Of a DNA stretch of 64,000 bases, positions 58,483 to 64,000 are shown piece after piece. The stretch's first letter is position 1, and each line of letters begins with the position of its first letter. The notes under the pieces are model-generated. The model was not told where the DNA came from, ran no database searches, and was given only the letters and a program-made list of their open reading frames with translations. The position numbers and the translations under genes are program-made. The stretch covers positions 292,206,001 to 292,270,000 of the forward strand of contig OZ024743.1 in assembly GCA_964016885.1 (NCBI GenBank), given 5' to 3'. The DNA comes from Eledone cirrhosa (taxonomy: Eukaryota).

Positions 58483-59893
58483 ATATATATATATATATAT
58501 ATTAATAATTTGAAATTTCAACTTATTTGAGATTTTCACGGTGATGTAAAGTTCAATGTATTTGTACAATCCGCTAATATTAAGAACAAATTCAATCAAA
58601 GTGTAAACCACAAGTTCAACATCCAAAAATTGTACGAATGTAAATTCTCAGAGCATAAATAATAAATAATAATTCAACCAAGGATTTATACATTTTTATA
58701 CTGTTTTTTCATACTTAACTTTCATCAAATAGAGAAAATGTTTAGAGATAGGAATGATTAACATTTTCTTATCATTTTACTACATTACAGTATTTGGAAT
58801 CAAATCCATATATAAATAGCAATTGTAAAAAACAAAATAACAAAAAGAAAAGCTTTTAGATAAAATAAAATAAATGAAATTATCCCTACATATACGTAAT
58901 AATCTTTGATACATTTGGATTCTCAGAAACATCAACATGTTTAAAACTGAATTAAATTTAAGAGATGCGTTGATATTATAATGTCATATATCCCTTAACG
59001 GTTCACTTAGTGTATGGCTGTTCTGTGAATTTCTTATATATTTACCTGATTCTAAAAGATTTCAGTTGGAACATTTTTATTTTGTTTCATAGCTAAACCG
59101 ACCGGGATCTTAATGAACTGGTCATAATTCCTCAACCTTCAGGTCTTAAGGACAGAATCGGTGTTTAAATTACAAATTCGCCCCTCAAATAAAAGCTTGA
59201 CAGAGCAAAATATTTCTACGTCATCTGCAGAGTCGAACAACTGGTTTTCCACTGAATGGAACAGACGACGTTTAACCTAAGGATATGGCAACATTAACAT
59301 CGCAACCGACAACAACAACTACTATTATAAAACAGGTGATACCACAGAAATATAAAATACTTCTTTCCTAAAACTGAAGACACCAAAACAAGAAGAAGAC
59401 CTAACATAACTAAAACTAAATACCTAGAAGCCAAAAGAATACTGCTGCAACCACCACCAACCAACAAGAACAAATATAACGGAAAGAAACAAAAAAGAAG
59501 GCAACAGGAACAACAACATGAAATACAACATATTGTCATCAAAATTTAAAGGAAACAGAACTATTTAAATGTTCTATTTACACAAAGACTCATATTCGAC
59601 ACGAGCAGCCGAATTAATAACTTGAGGGGATATGCATCCAATTAGCCGTCGTGTCCAAAATGTTGGAAGAATCTGCAAAGATTTTTTGTTGTGTCGCTAC
59701 TTTTCATTAAAAATAAAGAGGTCAGATGTAGCACAACATGCAGAGGTACAGATGGCGTTAAAAGCATATGACCTGATCTTGACATGAACAAGGGGTCATG
59801 AAAGTGATTTTTAGAAGCGAAATCCTCGCAATTAAGCATTCTATGGTCCTCTAACGCAGTAATGACCATACCATTTCCCTTCCTGATTAGGGA

Positions 59894-59949
59894 GATAATC
59901 GGTACAAATCAGGATTTTAGGATAATCGGTACAAATCAGGATTTTAGGT
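59894..59949 (+). repeat. Tandem duplication, 2 x 28 bp
   Basis: gataatcggtacaaatcaggattttagg occurs twice. Confidence 0.85.
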
Positions 59950-60029
59950 TGGACATCTACTGGGTCTGGCTTGTGTTAACCTAGAAGAAAACGACACCAT
60001 TCTAGACGTAAACAGAGGTCTTCTTCTTC

Positions 60030-60097
<68 letters not shown>

Positions 60098-63000
60098 TGC
60101 ATTTATCTTGCTTTATGTTCATACGAGTTATCACCAAGTCACAACCAGTGACCTCAAGAGACAACAAGGTCCGCCATGTTCAAGAAAGAACACACATATT
60201 CATACATGCATCCTTAGTGTTTAGACTTGTGATGTACTTATATTGACAGGATCTTCCTTAGTATATGGGCAGTTCCCATTAGTACTATCTTTTGTATTTC
60301 TCCTATACGCGGGTTTTCTGGGATTTGCGATAAGTAGTCGTTAGACCCCTTAGGTATCATTCCCAGAGCGCCTACAACCACTGGTATTGTTTTAGTTCTC
60401 AATTTCCACATTTTTCCAATTTCTATCTCCAGGTCCTTATACTTGCTCAATTTTTCAAATGTTTTTATACATACATTCTTGTCTATTGGAACAGACATAT
60501 CAATTAGCAGGCATACCCTCCTTTGAAAGTCCTTCAATATTATATCAGGTCTATTTGCATCTATTTTTCGGTCTGTTTGGATGCTAAAGTTCCACAAGAT
60601 TGAGATGTGATCTTTTTCAAGTATGGGAGGTGGTTGATGCTCCCACCAATTCTTTTGATGGGGCAGGTCAAAATGCTTACACATTATCCAATGTATGTAT
60701 TGTGCAGCTCTGTCATGCCTGTTTAGGTATTCGGTTGGAGCTATAGGACTGCACATTGAAATTATATGGTCAATGGTCTCTGATTGTTTTTTGCATACAC
60801 GGCATAATGGGCTGCACCCATTTTTTATTATGTTGGCTTGGTAATTTTTTGTTGGCAGACACTGATCTTGTGCGGATATAATCAGTCCTTCAGTCTCCGA
60901 TTTCAGTCCAGAGGATGCCAACCACTGATGGGTTAAAGTTTTGTCAACATCAGGATTGTTAGCTCGCTCTGGGTATTTTCCATACAGAGGCTTTTCTTGC
61001 CATTTCTTAGCCAGTTTCTGTAGCAGTTCTTTCTTTGCAGTTACTTTTACCTGCTTTGCTTTTTCTGTGTTTTCCATTTCAGCAGTAAATGGGACTTCTG
61101 AAATTTGTAGTCCATTACTGTATCTTTGTGCATCTTTTGTAATGGAATATGATCTTTTGGTGCTTTCGTGTTTCAAAACGAGTTTGATCATCCAATCATG
61201 TGATTCCCTTAGATATGTGGATAATCCAATAGTTGCAGTTTTCAACGCAATGTCTAACTGGATTAACCCACGTCCTCCTTCTTTCCTAGGGAGATATATT
61301 CTATCTATGTCTGCCTTAGGGTGATGCATTCTGTGCATGGTTAAGAATTTTCGGATTTTTGTATCGAGCCTACGGATCTCTGTGCTTGACCAGTTTATGA
61401 CATTGTAACTGTAGGTTACTACTGGTATGGCAAGCGTGTTTATGGCATCGATCCTATTCCTTGCATTCAATTCCGTTCTTAAGATTGCTCTGACTCTGCG
61501 GTAACATTCCTTCCTTATCCTTTCCCTCATTGTCGAGTGCTTGATTCCGTCTCCTTCACAAACACCTAGATATTTGTAAGTTTGTTCTTGATCAAGCTCT
61601 CTTATCACGTTCCCCCGATCAAGATTAATGTCTGAACTCTTCAGCAGCTTTCCTCTGGTGAACGTTGCTTTGGCGCATTTATCCAGTCCAAACTCCATTT
61701 TAATGTCATCACTGAACTGCTTCACAGGGGATAATAGCCCTTGCAATTGTTCATCATTTTTTGCAAATAGTTTCAGGTCATCCATGTAGAACAGGTGATT
61801 AATGGTTTTGTCATAGACTCTATATCCATGTTTTGTTTCATTGAGCATTTTACTTAATGGTATAAGTGCGATGCAGAATAAAAGCGGTGATAAAGAGTCA
61901 CCCTGAAAAATTCCACAATTAATGTTAACTTCTCCAGCTTCCAGTGATTTTGTTTCACTATTCAAAAGGAGTGTCGTTCTCCATGTCCTCATACTGAATG
62001 ACAAAAACCTCCTGATAACGGGGGATATTTTGAAAATCTCTGAACATTTTTCAATCCAACTGTGTGGCAAACTATCAAATGCTTTTTCATAATCTATCCA
62101 AGCAATCGATAGATTTTTGTGTCTATTATGACAATCTTCCAGTATCATTTTGTTAACCAGAAGCTGATCCTTACAGCCATATGAGCCTCGTTTACACCCT
62201 TTCTGCTCAATGGGAAATAGGTCATTTGTTATCAGGTGGTCATATGTGTATTCAGTTAGGACTGATGTTAAAATTTTATACATTGTGGTCAAGAAGGTTA
62301 TCGGTCTGTAATGTTGGGGATTGTTTGTCTCATCATTCTTCGGTAGCAGGAATGTAATGCCGTTAACTCGCCATGATGGTATCTTTTCTGGCTCCTTAAC
62401 TATTTCATTGTAAAGTTGGGCTAACAGTTCATGAGACTCTGTGAAGGCATTTATCCAAAAGTTTTGTATTTTGTCTTTTCCTGGGGATTTCCATTTGCTG
62501 GTTTTTCTTAGAGCCAAGCGCAGCTGTTCAACTGTTATATTTTCCCATGTTTGTTCTTCAAGGTGAGCTGTTTCTTTCATTTGTCTGTCTATCCATGGGG
62601 CATGTATGTTATGAACTTTTTCTTCGGCCCAGATCTTTTCCCAGAATTCTTGCACTTCCTCCTTGGGTGGTATTGATTTAGCAGTTATTGTTGACTTACC
62701 AATTTTTCTGTAGAAGTTTCTTTGGTTGTTTTTGAACATATTATTGTCCTTATAGAATCTAGATCGTTTTTCAAAGCGCCTTGTACGAGCAGCTTTGGCC
62801 GACACTTTTTGCTTGATTGTTTCTATCAGCATGTCTATGTCACATGTTGATCTTATACTGTACTTTTTTTTCAATTTTCTAAGTTTAGTTTGTTTAACAT
62901 GTTCACCTACTTTATAGTTTGTTAAAATTTCTATGTCAGATCGGAGAAGGTTTATTTGGCGATTGATGTTATCTTGCCAAGTAGATTTCTTGTGGGAATT

Positions 63001-63654
63001 CCTTTGTTTTTTCATCTTCACTCCACATAAGTGAGTGGTGACTTTAGCCGATGCATAATAGAGATGATTTAAGTCAGTAATGTTTAGTTTGTTTGTGATG
63101 ATAATGTTTTTGAGAATTATGTTAGTCTTGTGTATTATCTTTTGGTTCTGTTTGGAGTTCTGGATCTTAGGGAGGGTGTCTCGTTCCACCATGTCAGATT
63201 CTTTCATTTTCATCCATTCGATCATAATTTCATCCTTCAAGTTGGCAAGTTCATTCTCATTCATTTCTTTATCATTTACGATCTCATTATTTTCATTTGG
63301 AGTTTCATCCTGAGCATGCACTCCCTCCACTTTTTCGCTCCTTTCTTTAATTTGTTCTGTTGCCAGTGATTCCGCCCCAACTCTGGGATTCGAAGTGTTA
63401 CAGTTTACCTCGTTTTCACTGACACATGCTTCATTTTCCCTTCGCTGACTTTGTGCTACTAGCTTCATCTGATCGATTTCTATATCAGTTAGTAACTTTT
63501 TTCTTACAATATTTCTTCGTATATTGGCTAGTTTGTTACTGTCAATATAGCCTCTGTTTTCGGGATGTTTCTTTTTCCAGTTGATATATGTTTGCTCTGT
63601 ATTCGATGTATTTGATGGGTAGTACATGGCAGTGTAGAAAGCCTCAAGGACTTC

Positions 63655-63656
<2 letters not shown>
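60098..63656 (-). mobile_element. R4/Dong-clade non-LTR retrotransposon inserted in (TAA)n, slightly 5'-truncated
   Basis: (ATT)n on both sides (60031-60097, 63657-63711); single RT + RLE ORF; ~140-bp 3'UTR. Confidence 0.92.
60238..63627 (-). CDS. RT / CCHC zinc knuckle / restriction-like endonuclease polyprotein (1129 aa)
   Basis: WKSPGKD, YRPIT, WIDYEKAFDS, GIFQGDSLSP, YMDDLKL, YKYLG, CRVC....ETIDHIISMC, RHD, RPDI..IDMSVP..KLSKY..L, PVVVGALG. The frame stays open upstream to the TAA tract (KEVLEAFYTA-MYY). Confidence 0.93.
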   Translation of the reverse strand: MYYPSNTSNTEQTYINWKKKHPENRGYIDSNKLANIRRNIVRKKLLTDIEIDQMKLVAQSQRRENEACVSENEVNCNTSNPRVGAESLATEQIKERSEKVEGVHAQDETPNENNEIVNDKEMNENELANLKDEIMIEWMKMKESDMVERDTLPKIQNSKQNQKIIHKTNIILKNIIITNKLNITDLNHLYYASAKVTTHLCGVKMKKQRNSHKKSTWQDNINRQINLLRSDIEILTNYKVGEHVKQTKLRKLKKKYSIRSTCDIDMLIETIKQKVSAKAARTRRFEKRSRFYKDNNMFKNNQRNFYRKIGKSTITAKSIPPKEEVQEFWEKIWAEEKVHNIHAPWIDRQMKETAHLEEQTWENITVEQLRLALRKTSKWKSPGKDKIQNFWINAFTESHELLAQLYNEIVKEPEKIPSWRVNGITFLLPKNDETNNPQHYRPITFLTTMYKILTSVLTEYTYDHLITNDLFPIEQKGCKRGSYGCKDQLLVNKMILEDCHNRHKNLSIAWIDYEKAFDSLPHSWIEKCSEIFKISPVIRRFLSFSMRTWRTTLLLNSETKSLEAGEVNINCGIFQGDSLSPLLFCIALIPLSKMLNETKHGYRVYDKTINHLFYMDDLKLFAKNDEQLQGLLSPVKQFSDDIKMEFGLDKCAKATFTRGKLLKSSDINLDRGNVIRELDQEQTYKYLGVCEGDGIKHSTMRERIRKECYRRVRAILRTELNARNRIDAINTLAIPVVTYSYNVINWSSTEIRRLDTKIRKFLTMHRMHHPKADIDRIYLPRKEGGRGLIQLDIALKTATIGLSTYLRESHDWMIKLVLKHESTKRSYSITKDAQRYSNGLQISEVPFTAEMENTEKAKQVKVTAKKELLQKLAKKWQEKPLYGKYPERANNPDVDKTLTHQWLASSGLKSETEGLIISAQDQCLPTKNYQANIIKNGCSPLCRVCKKQSETIDHIISMCSPIAPTEYLNRHDRAAQYIHWIMCKHFDLPHQKNWWEHQPPPILEKDHISILWNFSIQTDRKIDANRPDIILKDFQRRVCLLIDMSVPIDKNVCIKTFEKLSKYKDLEIEIGKMWKLRTKTIPVVVGALGMIPKGSNDYLSQIPENPRIGEIQKIVLMGTAHILRKILSI

Positions 63657-63712
<56 letters not shown>

Positions 63713-63716
63713 TAAT

Positions 63717-63826
63717 GGCGGTGAATTGGCAGTATCGGTAGAGGGTCGGACGCCATGCTTTACAGCACAGTTACGTCCCTTTACGGACTGAGTTCAAAAC
63801 CCGCCGAGGTTAACTTTGCCTTTCAT
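63717..63826 (+). mobile_element. SINE, 3'-truncated
   Basis: Family 5' half with A and B boxes. Confidence 0.85.
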
Positions 63827-64000
63827 GCTGGGGCTTTTTATATTGTTGGTGGGGAAGGGGGGAGCCAGCAGTGCCATAGTCGTTGGCGTTTGACCGGGTC
63901 ACTAAGTCAGTCTATTTATATATTTTGCTAGCCTCTCCCTTGCCTAGTAATACCGCCACCTTCCCCTTTCTTAAATTAACGGAAGGTAGTGGGGTAGTAA

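Overview
AT-rich eukaryotic DNA packed with (TA)n, (TG)n, (GA)n and trinucleotide microsatellites. The tRNA-SINE family and repeat landscape suggest a cephalopod such as Octopus (inference). Most ORF-track entries are microsatellite translations. The real coding content is retroelement-derived: a nearly intact R4/Dong-type RLE retrotransposon in (TAA)n (60098-63656), Penelope-like elements (PLEs) of three types, and L1/Tx1, RTE and HERO-like remnants. There are about 14 SINE copies and a few candidate minus-strand host exons. The main signal: many unique islands between (TA)n tracts carry a type I hammerhead ribozyme (HHR) motif, about 20 loci from more than 10 unrelated families. Many are head-to-head palindromes with 3' ends in (TA)n and inversion breakpoints inside the ribozyme. 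The clearest case is a non-coding 310-bp HHR tandem array (53855-55761), retrozyme-like, whose inverted arm starts 2 nt from the predicted self-cleavage site. All folds and alignments were read by eye; no search or folding program was run.
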